Notes: a model not told the origin generated them from the sequence alone. Shown: positions 18,562-26,824, numbered from the stretch's first letter. The stretch is 63,644 nucleotides of DNA from an uncultured Methanosarcinales archaeon (GCA_964576385.1 CAZNUS010000001.1:30668-94311); one strand, 5' to 3'. Numbers and translations are program-made.

Positions 18562-19440
18562 TTAACCCATAACCCCATACCATTGAAATAATAATCTATC
18601 AGCAGCTTTAACTATGTCATATTCTTGTCCAGAAACTAGGATGCAAGTACCTAACAGTTCTATTTTTGGCTCGCCTAATCGTAATTCTACTACTGGCTTG
18701 CCTTTACTGTTTTGACAGTTGATTATCTCTCTTTCCGTACAAATATCATTCTTTTCAGTACAGGACCCTACTGGTATTCTATCCAATCCTTTAACGATAT
18801 TAAAGCTCAATTCTGAAAGCGCTAAAGTATAATATTTATCAGTAACATTTGGGTCTATGGCTATGAATACTTTTTCTCCTTGATTAAAAGCAACATCATC
18901 AAGCTTCCCGGAAATACTGATAGATTCTACTTCTTTTGGACCAAAGTGCAAAGGGACTTTTAACAAAGTATCTTTGCTCCTTAATTCCGCCCACCATAAC
19001 CCTTCATTCTTTACAAAACTGAACCCATTATACATATATCCTCTTGATTCGTCCAATTTTCCTTCACGATTCATGTTGTGGAGGTCTTCTAAAGTAATAG
19101 TTACCGTTGCTCCAGTAATCTTGTTATAAACCTTAAATCCGCCTAGAGTGAACGCTAGCATGGCAATGATAATTATTATACTTATTAAGATAATTTTTCC
19201 TTCAGATATTTTATTATTTGGTTCTATCTGTTCTTCATTCGTGTTTACTTCAAGTTTAGGGGTATCAATTAGGTTCTTGTCAACAGTATTATTGCTTAAG
19301 AGTGTGCCTTTAGTTGATTTCTTCTTAGGAACTTCTGTTAAATCATCAAATTCCCCGGCGAGTTCTTTATTCTCTTCTAAAAATTCATTGATATCTAACT
19401 CCGTCATCACTTCCTTCTTAGGAGCCTTCTTTTTAGCCAT
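18562..19440 (-). CDS. single-pass membrane protein, function unknown
   Basis: The start was refined to the ATG at 19440 (MAKKKAPKKEV). There is a TM segment IILISIIIIIAMLAFTLGGF, and the C-terminal ectodomain has 6 Cys. The gene is flanked by B1 and B2. Confidence 0.6.
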   Translation of the reverse strand: MAKKKAPKKEVMTELDINEFLEENKELAGEFDDLTEVPKKKSTKGTLLSNNTVDKNLIDTPKLEVNTNEEQIEPNNKISEGKIILISIIIIIAMLAFTLGGFKVYNKITGATVTITLEDLHNMNREGKLDESRGYMYNGFSFVKNEGLWWAELRSKDTLLKVPLHFGPKEVESISISGKLDDVAFNQGEKVFIAIDPNVTDKYYTLALSELSFNIVKGLDRIPVGSCTEKNDICTEREIINCQNSKGKPVVELRLGEPKIELLGTCILVSGQEYDIVKAADRLLFQWYGVMG

Positions 19441-19497
19441 AATTTCTTTTTCTGAAGCCTCTTTATATATTTTATGAAGAAGAATGTAATGAATCAA

Positions 19498-19712
19498 GCG
19501 TAAGTATTTAGTTAGGTGGCCAAGAGGTCAATTTTGCTGGGCTGTTATGACAGGCACAGATGTGAAAATAACCGAAATAACTGCCATTTCCGATAAGAAT
19601 TACCTTGGATTTTCACCTGAACATTGCTCTCATCAGCAACATATAAAATTGCATTTTTGAAATTTAACCAATTTGTGCAATTTTCTATATTGACGGCCAA
19701 CTAAATACGTGC
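19498..19712. repeat. MITE-like palindromic element, family B copy 2 (215 bp, carries a 68-bp nested insertion)
   Basis: It has the same termini and interior as B1 in the same orientation. An extra 19622-19689 contains its own hairpin AAAATTGCA...TGCAATTTT. Confidence 0.85.
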
Positions 19713-19731
19713 AAAATTAGTTAAGAAAAGC

Positions 19732-19875
19732 TTACTTCAGCCATTTCATCGCTTCAGCTTTGCTAATTTCTTCGTAAGCATCCGGTGAATGGCACGTAGG
19801 GCATTCCTCCGGAGGATTAACCCCATAATGGATATCTCCGCAAACCTTACAACGCCAATACTTCTTTTCTTTCAT
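19732..19875 (-). CDS. small rubredoxin-like zinc/iron-ribbon protein (47 aa; not in the ORF track)
   Basis: My translation is MKEKKYWRCKVCGDIHYGVNPPEECPTCHSPDAYEEISKAEAMKWLK. The two CxxC knuckles (CKVC and CPTC) with GDIHYG resemble the rubredoxin-like C-terminal domain of rubrerythrins. Confidence 0.65.
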   Translation of the reverse strand: MKEKKYWRCKVCGDIHYGVNPPEECPTCHSPDAYEEISKAEAMKWLK

Positions 19876-19902
19876 GTTAAACCCCCTATCTTGAACTTAT
19901 GT

Positions 19903-20136
19903 CTAAAACGGCCAGCGAAAAATAGCAAATGCTAAAATAGCATGTGAAATAACTGAAATATACAGCGCATACCAATAATAACAATGGTAAGAATAGAACT
20001 TTTTGTACCAATCATACTTAAACAAATGATTGGTTAATTTATGCATCCCCATGCACCTGCAGGATAAGGAAATTAATAATAAGCAAAGCACATTCGTAAT
20101 ACCCAACAGAAATAATACCTGAAATTTTTCTACCAT
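19903..20136 (-). CDS. small two-TM membrane protein rich in aromatic residues, His and Cys
   Basis: 77 aa with two hydrophobic segments. It contains CRCMGMH and YSYHCYYWY. It lies 28 nt upstream of the rubredoxin-like gene on the same strand. Confidence 0.4.
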   Translation of the reverse strand: MVEKFQVLFLLGITNVLCLLLISLSCRCMGMHKLTNHLFKYDWYKKFYSYHCYYWYALYISVISHAILAFAIFRWPF

Positions 20137-20198
20137 TTTCTTTTCCTCTTCTTATCTTTTTGTTATGATTATTTTCCGTCTATTTCTCCAACTAATCC

Positions 20199-20355
20199 GT
20201 ATTTGTTTAGCTCGGCGCGGTCAAATGGTGGATTTTGTCTTGGGAACGTTTATGAGGCCTATTGTTCGGTTCAATTGGTAAAACAATCTAGTTTTGGATG
20301 AATCGACGTAAATAAACCGACAAAACCCACGACCGCCGAATTGCTAAACAAATAC
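20199..20355. repeat. long-hairpin element, family A copy 1 (157 bp)
   Basis: GTATTTGTTTAGCTCGGCGCGGTC ... GACCGCCGAATTGCTAAACAAATAC has 13 perfect terminal bp. A GC-rich stem follows, and then GTGGATTTTGTC/GACAAAACCCAC. Confidence 0.88.
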
Positions 20356-20362
20356 ACCAATT

Positions 20363-21274
20363 CTAATTCGCCCGGTAATCATACTTCCAATCAGTAGGTT
20401 TAACATTTCGCATCAATTTAGCAGTAGCAATGAGATTTTTTGCTAATAATTTTGTTTCCTCGCCATAACATTCGCTTAAGACTATTTTTTTATCTTCCTG
20501 GGTTGAGTAACATACGGATGACATGGCATACATATTGCTAAATGGTGGGAAGATCATGCCAAAATGATTTAAAGTCATAAATAAGTTTGAGATGGTCATA
20601 GCAGCTCCTGCTTCATGTCCGGTAACTATAATCCCAGCAACTTTCCCCAGGAATCTTCGTAATAATCCGCTCCCTGGAACCTCATTGTCGGCAGTTAATT
20701 CTATAAATTTCATCTGTTTTTTATTCAGCTCTTTATCCTTGGGATTTTTTGGATCTGCAGGCATTAAGCTTCCATCTAAGCTAATACAGCGGTCGATGAA
20801 CGTAGCCATTAAAGTAGAAATTTTAAAATTATTAATGGGAGTTGCAAAAATGATTACATCTCCAGCGATAATCTTATCGTATAGGATATTGGTCATATCA
20901 TCCCCTGCTTTTCCGCGGGGATAGCAAGAGCAATAGAAATGGCATTGGGTGTTGGTTGTTGAATAACAAGCCTTACAATATTTGATGTTATAATTGCGTA
21001 ACGGAAGTAGTTCTATTTCTGCTCCTAAGTCCTTGCAATATCTTAAACATCTCTCTAATAATTCTTCAGAATTAGACTTCTCTTTGGCCATATCCATGTC
21101 ATCCCTGGCCGATCCAGAAATACCTACTACTTTTATTTTGCCGTTCTTTTTTTGGTTCATGCGTTTAGCTTCTGTTATTGCTGCGCTCCGTACCAGCTTA
21201 AACCTGTTTAAAGTATCTAAGTCAATCTTTAGAATTCTCATTAACTCTCTATCAGACAACTTTTTTTTGCTCAT
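20363..21274 (-). CDS. flavodoxin-fold NADPH-dependent FMN reductase / iron-sulfur flavoprotein (Isf)-like protein
   Basis: IKVVGISGSAR is present, along with a Cys cluster YCKACYSTTNTQCHFYCSC, DDMTNILYDKIIAGDVIIFATPINNF and GIIVTGHEAG. There is an N-terminal extension of about 55 aa. Confidence 0.6.
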   Translation of the reverse strand: MSKKKLSDRELMRILKIDLDTLNRFKLVRSAAITEAKRMNQKKNGKIKVVGISGSARDDMDMAKEKSNSEELLERCLRYCKDLGAEIELLPLRNYNIKYCKACYSTTNTQCHFYCSCYPRGKAGDDMTNILYDKIIAGDVIIFATPINNFKISTLMATFIDRCISLDGSLMPADPKNPKDKELNKKQMKFIELTADNEVPGSGLLRRFLGKVAGIIVTGHEAGAAMTISNLFMTLNHFGMIFPPFSNMYAMSSVCYSTQEDKKIVLSECYGEETKLLAKNLIATAKLMRNVKPTDWKYDYRAN

Positions 21275-21369
21275 ATTGTTAGAACGAAATAGGGTTTATG
21301 ATTTTATTAGTTTTTTAGGATGCAATTTTAGATTAGTTAGGATGAGCCTGGCAAATAATTAAACTAAAA

Positions 21370-21438
21370 TTAGCAGCACCCGCATCCATTCCCTGACATT
21401 ACTTTTACCTTTTTTTTGACTGCTTTTTTTTTGGCCAT
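21370..21438 (-). CDS. candidate micro-ORF: 22-aa Lys-rich peptide ending GCGCC
   Basis: My translation is MAKKKAVKKKVKVMSGNGCGCC. AGAGGT lies 7 nt upstream of the ATG. The ORF sits 95 nt upstream of the flavoprotein gene on the same strand. It is speculative. Confidence 0.3.
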   Translation of the reverse strand: MAKKKAVKKKVKVMSGNGCGCC

Positions 21439-21473
21439 AATTTTACCTCTTGAGCTAATAACAACTTTCTGGG

Positions 21474-21615
21474 TTATGTACTTAGTAATTTATGTACTTA
21501 GTAATACTAGTATGTTTATTAAACTATCTAACATGTCTATTAAACAATCTGACCTATCAATTAAACTATATGGGATGTCTAGAATAAATTAATCGAAATA
21601 AATCAATCTATCCGC
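21474..21615. repeat. tandem direct repeats: a 16-nt unit x2, then about five degenerate 20-22-nt units
   Basis: TTATGTACTTAGTAAT occurs twice (21474-21505). It is followed by ATGTTTATTAAACTATCTAAC, ATGTCTATTAAACAATCTGACC, TATCAATTAAACTATATGGG, ATGTCTAGAATAAATTAATCG and AAATAAATCAATCTATCCGC. Confidence 0.7.
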
Positions 21616-21636
21616 TATTTAATACTTAGTTGCTTG

Positions 21637-22353
21637 CTAACAAGAACAACCATATGGCCCTTGCGCGCATTTCACGCAAGAATTATAAGAGCATCTCCTG
21701 CAGCCGGAACAATCAGCATCGGTTTTGCAATCTACACTATAACAAGCTCCCTCGCTACAAATGGCTTTGCTTCCGCAGTCATAGTCTGAGTTGCATTCTG
21801 GTTCTTCTACTGTCGGTTCTTCCACTGGTGCTGTTTCAGTGGCATTTGAATCTTTAGCAGGAACTTCCTCACCTTGTTCCGCAGGAGTGGTTTCTCTCTG
21901 TTCCTGCACTTCTATTTTTAGAGAGCTTTCTGCCATTAGTATTGATTCCTGGCTGATTACGGAAATTTTTATTTCATGCAGCCCTTCTTTCCCTGTGGTT
22001 AATTCCCAGGTGTTGTAGCAGGTGGTCTGGAGATTGCAGGCAAAAGTGTCTTGCTGCTTGCCGTTCGCAAAAGGTTTTGAAGAAGTCCAAGCAATGGCTT
22101 TTATTCCTCTTTGGTTATCTGCTCTAATCTCTAAGAGAAAAGGTTGATTTAAGGCAGGATTGGAAGGGCTGGCATACGTGGTTATTTGGGTAGGCGGGAA
22201 AGTGACCTCTTGCTTTATTTTTTGAGCTTCATTCCCTTCTGTTTTTTGTTCTATTTCTTTTCCTGCTTGCTGCTGTTCTGAACTTGGCTGACAGCTAATT
22301 AGCAAGATAAATAGGAACAGAATTAAAGTCAGACAAATCAGGTGATGTTTCAT
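21637..22353 (-). CDS. secreted lipoprotein with a C-terminal Cys-rich module
   Basis: A lipobox-like LLISC follows the signal peptide. The C-terminus ECNSDYDCGSKAICSEGACYSVDCKTDADCSGCRRCSYNSCVKC is of the same type as the repeats in 4779-7076. Confidence 0.65.
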   Translation of the reverse strand: MKHHLICLTLILFLFILLISCQPSSEQQQAGKEIEQKTEGNEAQKIKQEVTFPPTQITTYASPSNPALNQPFLLEIRADNQRGIKAIAWTSSKPFANGKQQDTFACNLQTTCYNTWELTTGKEGLHEIKISVISQESILMAESSLKIEVQEQRETTPAEQGEEVPAKDSNATETAPVEEPTVEEPECNSDYDCGSKAICSEGACYSVDCKTDADCSGCRRCSYNSCVKCAQGPYGCSC

Positions 22354-22406
22354 TTTTTTTAATCGTTAACTTTATGCTGCGAATCGGATTTCTGCTTAGG
22401 AGTAAC

Positions 22407-23237
22407 TTATCTGCATCCAGAGAAACGTCTAAGCTGATCTACATCTAAAAATCCAACATTTCTTTTAACTTCTTTCCCATTTGGTTCTAAAATCCAAGTA
22501 GGTGTTCCGGTAATATCTTTCTGCCGGCATAATCCTGCTTGGGAATTTTCTCCCTGTGGATGACACTCTACACGATTTATGTATTTCATAGATTCTCCTA
22601 GCATCTCTTCAGACTTAATACACACACCGCAACGAAAAGAGCTGTACATAACTACTCCTTTTTCCGTCATGCACTGTGCCAGTTGATCATAGTTCTGCTC
22701 TTGTGGAGATACCAGATTAAAGAAAATTAATGCTACCACATTTACTATTAAAACCCATTGAAACCAAGATTGGGGCACTTTTAGGAATGACTTATGTTCT
22801 GGATTTTCTAATGCTTTATGGAGCATAACTCCTAATGCTAAGGCAATCACTATAATTATATGGAGGATTGTACATAAAGGGCATAGTACTCTTAAGATCA
22901 TTTCAGCTATTACCATGTAAATTACGAATAAAAAACCTAGGATTAACCAGGACAGCATAAATGTAGTAAGTTCGCCTTGTTTCTGCATTGACATCCAAGC
23001 TAAAGCCATCAGAAAGATGAACCATATCCCGCTCCATACCGCTACAGGTACACCTAAAAATAAAGAATATGAGCTGGCAATTGCAGACGAGCAGGATATT
23101 GCGTTATTAACATCACACCAGGATCCGCTGGTAGGTGGAAAATAATGTTGTTGAACTAGATATGCGCTGGTAATGAATCCTATAATACTAATAATTATGA
23201 TTATTTTTAACAACAGATCTTTCTTTAGGTGCTCCAT
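22407..23237 (-). CDS. vitamin K epoxide reductase (VKOR) homologue fused to a thioredoxin-like domain
   Basis: A loop Cys pair CDVNNAISC and a TM CxxC (CPLC) occur in a 4-5 TM core. The C-terminal soluble domain carries RCGVC. Confidence 0.75.
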   Translation of the reverse strand: MEHLKKDLLLKIIIIISIIGFITSAYLVQQHYFPPTSGSWCDVNNAISCSSAIASSYSLFLGVPVAVWSGIWFIFLMALAWMSMQKQGELTTFMLSWLILGFLFVIYMVIAEMILRVLCPLCTILHIIIVIALALGVMLHKALENPEHKSFLKVPQSWFQWVLIVNVVALIFFNLVSPQEQNYDQLAQCMTEKGVVMYSSFRCGVCIKSEEMLGESMKYINRVECHPQGENSQAGLCRQKDITGTPTWILEPNGKEVKRNVGFLDVDQLRRFSGCR

Positions 23238-23518
23238 ACCTGTTTAATTTTTTAAAAGAGTATATAAATTTAATTGGTTCTGAATTGATAAATTTCTAAT
23301 GGTTTTAAATTTTTAATACTTTTTAGACAAAACATACTCTTATTTAAGATAGTGTCTCATTTCAGATAGGCCATATTTACATAATAGTTATAAAGAAGAT
23401 ATTACACACTTTTTAATCTGGGCGAAAAATATTTAACTATTCCCTTAATAAGGCTATTTTATCCTAATGTCTATTTTATTTTAATATACCGACAGTTGCC
23501 GGAAAAGAGGTGTTAACC

Positions 23519-24478
23519 ATGAAATATTTTATTGATAGTGCGGACATAGATGAAATTTCCCATGCTTTTGGTTTAAACTTAGCTCATGGTGTAACTACCA
23601 ATCCTTCTTTATTGCTTAAAGCGGTGCAGAAAAGAGGGGGGTTAAACCTTCAGGATTATATTGTTGATATTCTTCATATTACCGGAGATCATCCAGTCAG
23701 CCTTGAAGTAGTTGGAACTACTGTTCAGGAAATGGTTGCGGAAGGAAAGAAGCTTTTTGAATTATTCGGAAAGGAAGGTAATATTAATGTCAAAATACCA
23801 GTTAATCCAACAACAGAAAAAGATGGACCTAACTCTTTGGATGGTATTCATGCTATTAAAGAGCTGCATAAAATGGGTATTCCAGTAAACTGTACCTTAA
23901 TTTTTACTCCTGCCCAGGCTTTATTAGCTGCTCATGCTGGTGCAGAATTTTATAGCCCTTTTGCCGGAAGAATCGATGATTATCTTCGGGAGGTAGGATT
24001 AGGTTGGAAACCAGTTAGCGCTGATCCCCAATCGGGACAATTTACTAAATCAGATTATTTTCCTGCAGTAGGGTACATCCGTAGGGGAGAAAGAATAAGT
24101 GATAATGGGGTAGTTTCGGGAGTAGATCTGGCATTGCAGTGTCGCTTACTGCTCAGTTCTTACGGCTTGTCTTCTAAGATGATTTTCGCTTCAACTAGAA
24201 ATTTTGATCAAATGGTAGAAGCAGAAATGGCTGGGGCTGATATTGCTACGTTACCTCTAGAAGTTATGATGCAGTTGCAGAGAGCAGAGCGATTGTATAA
24301 TAAAGAAGGAATTCCAAAAAGCCGTGTTCAGCCTCACTTTACAAGATTAAATTTAGATGACTTGCCTGACAGAAGATTAAAAGCAATGGTGTACCATCCT
24401 AAAACTTGTGAAGGGATGCAGGGATTTATTAAAGATGCCTCCTTAGTTCCAGCTTATCGAAAATTGTTGTATTCCTAA
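23519..24478 (+). CDS. tal: transaldolase / fructose-6-phosphate aldolase family protein
   Basis: The start was refined to the ATG at 23519, with AAGAGGTG upstream. Motifs include MKYFIDSADIDEI, GVTTNPSLL, NVKIP (Schiff-base Lys), NCTLIF and SPFAGRIDD. Confidence 0.8.
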   Translation: MKYFIDSADIDEISHAFGLNLAHGVTTNPSLLLKAVQKRGGLNLQDYIVDILHITGDHPVSLEVVGTTVQEMVAEGKKLFELFGKEGNINVKIPVNPTTEKDGPNSLDGIHAIKELHKMGIPVNCTLIFTPAQALLAAHAGAEFYSPFAGRIDDYLREVGLGWKPVSADPQSGQFTKSDYFPAVGYIRRGERISDNGVVSGVDLALQCRLLLSSYGLSSKMIFASTRNFDQMVEAEMAGADIATLPLEVMMQLQRAERLYNKEGIPKSRVQPHFTRLNLDDLPDRRLKAMVYHPKTCEGMQGFIKDASLVPAYRKLLYS

Positions 24479-24484
24479 GACGTT

Positions 24485-24630
24485 TAAATAACTTGTAGTT
24501 AAATAATAACTAAATAATAACTAAATAATAACTAACAATTAGATTATAATTAAATAATAACTAAATCATAAATAATAATTTAATCATAAAAAATAACTAA
24601 ATTATAAATAACAATTTAATTATAATTAAA
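24485..24630. repeat. AT-only tandem repeat (an 11-mer AAATAATAACT x3 exact, then degenerate units)
   Basis: Three exact units lie at 24501-24533. Related TAAATAA(C/T) units fill the whole spacer between tal and the next gene. Confidence 0.8.
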
Positions 24631-24637
24631 AAAGATC

Positions 24638-25549
24638 ATGACTCCATCTAGCATAAGGTCGTTTACGCTTCAAGATCTGCCTGATCTAGATGAGGTAGTC
24701 CTGTCAGCATTGTCTTTATTCTCTCAGGAAAAAATACCTCCTCTTAAAATAACCTACAAACGACCTTTAGTTGTAGGCAGTGGAAATGCTGCTGCTACCG
24801 GAAAAATTATCTTTGAAGAGAGTGATGCTATCTTTGCCGATGAGTCCTCTTTTGAGAAGAAATTACAAAATATACCAGCTATTGATGGGGTTATTTTAAT
24901 CTCAGCTTCTGGTGGAAAGCACGCTCCTATCATAGCTGACATTTGTCGAAAAAAAGGAAAAAAGATAACTCTGCTTACTAATAATCCAAGCGCGCCAGCA
25001 AAAGAATTTGTTGATGAAGTGTATTACTTTCCTAAGAATAGGGAGCCTTATTCTTACAATACTTCTACGTACTTAGGTATGATCTTAAGTAAAACTAAAG
25101 AAAATCCTATGGAGATCTTAATATTTATTAAAGAACTTATTGAGCCAAAGGATTATTCTATATTCTCACGATATACTAAATATTATTTTTTTGTTCCGGA
25201 AAATCTTCATGGTATCATCAAGATGCTCCATGCAAAATTCACCGAGTTATTCGGCAGAAATATAGCTCGTGATATTGAGACGTTTGAGTTTAGCAAGCAT
25301 GCTACTACGATTGTACCAGCTGATGAGTTGTTTGTAAGTTTTGGAAGACAAGAATCAAGTTACAGTGCCAATCATATATCTATTCCTCTGCCAAAGAATG
25401 CTAATTATGGCGCGATGATGGCGGTAAGCTATTACATTATTGGAAAAATACAGAGGAATCATCCTCCTTGGTTTAAACAAAATATAGTTAGTTACTGTGA
25501 ACGCGCTACCAAGACGTTTAAACAAGAAGTAAAACCCATTGTGGATTGA
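24638..25549 (+). CDS. SIS-domain-like putative sugar-phosphate isomerase
   Basis: VVGSGNAAATGK and ILISASGGKHAPI resemble SIS-fold phosphosugar-binding motifs. The gene lies next to tal. The call is weak. Confidence 0.3.
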   Translation: MTPSSIRSFTLQDLPDLDEVVLSALSLFSQEKIPPLKITYKRPLVVGSGNAAATGKIIFEESDAIFADESSFEKKLQNIPAIDGVILISASGGKHAPIIADICRKKGKKITLLTNNPSAPAKEFVDEVYYFPKNREPYSYNTSTYLGMILSKTKENPMEILIFIKELIEPKDYSIFSRYTKYYFFVPENLHGIIKMLHAKFTELFGRNIARDIETFEFSKHATTIVPADELFVSFGRQESSYSANHISIPLPKNANYGAMMAVSYYIIGKIQRNHPPWFKQNIVSYCERATKTFKQEVKPIVD

Positions 25550-25661
25550 AACTAAGTACTATCACTCTTTATTTCTCTATGTATCGCTAATTTCTGTCTG
25601 AATAAAAGTCTATTTGCCAGCTGAAACAGGGCGCGATCACAACATTTTTATTTTTAAAAGA

Positions 25662-26768
25662 TTAATAGTAATGTGTATCTACGATAGGTTGCCAGAATAA
25701 TCTATAAGTTTCATCATTGTTTCCTTTGCAGATTCCCTCAAAAGAACATCTGTTGTGTTTTGGGATATTTACAAAGAGAAAGAAAGTACAAGGGTCTTTG
25801 TTGCAGGTTCTATCTGTGCATAGTGTTTTTTCTTTGCAACAGCTTCTTCCAAGCGGCCAGAAAAAATCATGGATTATTGATATATTTTTGTTTGAAAGTT
25901 TTGATATTATTCTTATTGCTTTTACTGATGCATTACGTACCTCCTGATCTGATTTTAATGTTTTTTTTAGTAAAAGTGCTTCTTTTAGTTCATTATCAAG
26001 GACTTCAATACATCCTGTTCGGAGAAGCACTCTTTGCATATGATAATCCATGACTGGCACAAGATTTTCTTTGTCTTTAAATTTAATCATGTCGGTGTCA
26101 ATAATCAACTGGATGAAGAGTGTGCTTTTCTTTCGTAAAGGATCATCAAAGGAAGGAAACGGCTTTAATAATTCATAAAGACCAGTTCCATCTTTAAACA
26201 AGAATCCATTACATTTTTTTAACATATTTCCAATTTTTCCATCATAGTCTTCATTTATTTTCTTTGAAATATCAATGATAAACTGTGCTCGTTGTTCTAA
26301 TCTGTCAAGTGTGCAATGTTCAGGACTTTCATCATCAGCAAAAAGAGGTTTTAATCTTTCAATCAATTCTCCTACCTGTAACGTTGTTAAATATGTTGGA
26401 TCAATTAATTTAGACTTTTCTTTTCCTAAATTAGTAAATACATACTCTAAGTAATCCCATCCCTTGAGGTTTCTTTTTCTGTTGATTAAGGTATGAGTTT
26501 GATGACAAATTGCAGTAGAATAGAACCAAGCACGAAGTTTAGTTTCATTGTCAGAAGTAAACGTAAGGTATGGTCTTTTGAAATGCCCTGGTCTAAGTTC
26601 TAATGGCATTAACCTCTCAGCAATAAGTTTACATTGCTCTTTGTTAATAACCACTTTATCATCCATGAGAGAATTAGTTGCGTGATTCTTTATATAATTT
26701 TTGAGGATGCAATCCACCAATAAAATCTGCTTTTTCCACTGGTGGTTGCTGAAATGAAATGAAAGCAA
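25662..26768 (-). CDS. Qng1/DUF2419-like or HhH-GPD-related glycosylase-like protein with a C-terminal Cys cluster
   Basis: VPVMDYHMQRVLLRTGCIEV resembles the ADYR-x-P-Q-x-L-x-x-x-G motif of queuosine-salvage proteins. The C-terminus is CCKEKTLCTDRTCNKDPC. The call is tentative. Confidence 0.3.
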   Translation of the reverse strand: MLSFHFSNHQWKKQILLVDCILKNYIKNHATNSLMDDKVVINKEQCKLIAERLMPLELRPGHFKRPYLTFTSDNETKLRAWFYSTAICHQTHTLINRKRNLKGWDYLEYVFTNLGKEKSKLIDPTYLTTLQVGELIERLKPLFADDESPEHCTLDRLEQRAQFIIDISKKINEDYDGKIGNMLKKCNGFLFKDGTGLYELLKPFPSFDDPLRKKSTLFIQLIIDTDMIKFKDKENLVPVMDYHMQRVLLRTGCIEVLDNELKEALLLKKTLKSDQEVRNASVKAIRIISKLSNKNISIIHDFFWPLGRSCCKEKTLCTDRTCNKDPCTFFLFVNIPKHNRCSFEGICKGNNDETYRLFWQPIVDTHYY

Positions 26769-26773
26769 CTAGA

Positions 26774-26824
26774 GAATCCGCAGATTCACGTCGTTGCCGA
26801 CAAGCAACTCACGAACTCCAGTGA
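26774..26824. repeat. three consecutive short GC-richer hairpins
   Basis: GAATC-CGCA-GATTC, GTTGC-CGACAA-GCAAC and TCAC-GAACTCCA-GTGA. The last is related to the hairpin at 2531-2556. Confidence 0.7.

Noticed and set aside
18511-18591. An SD-led 26-aa ORF (MTKLKKIFKLSFKFHQSLTHNPIPLK) directly after element B1
   Set aside because: GGGAGG lies 5 nt upstream, which is attractive. However, the ORF overlaps the 3' end of the convergent 18562-19440 gene by 30 nt, and I have no conservation evidence. I noted it but did not call it.
21474-21615. A CRISPR array
   Set aside because: The units are contiguous and degenerate with no unique spacers, and no cas genes are present. Nowhere in the window did I see regularly spaced identical repeats separated by unique 30-40-nt spacers.
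24485-24630. The AT-only tandem repeat, considered as a possible replication origin (DUE)
   Set aside because: There are no ORB-like inverted repeats and no orc1/cdc6 gene nearby. It is most simply a low-complexity microsatellite-like spacer between tal and the SIS-like gene, so I kept it only as a repeat feature.
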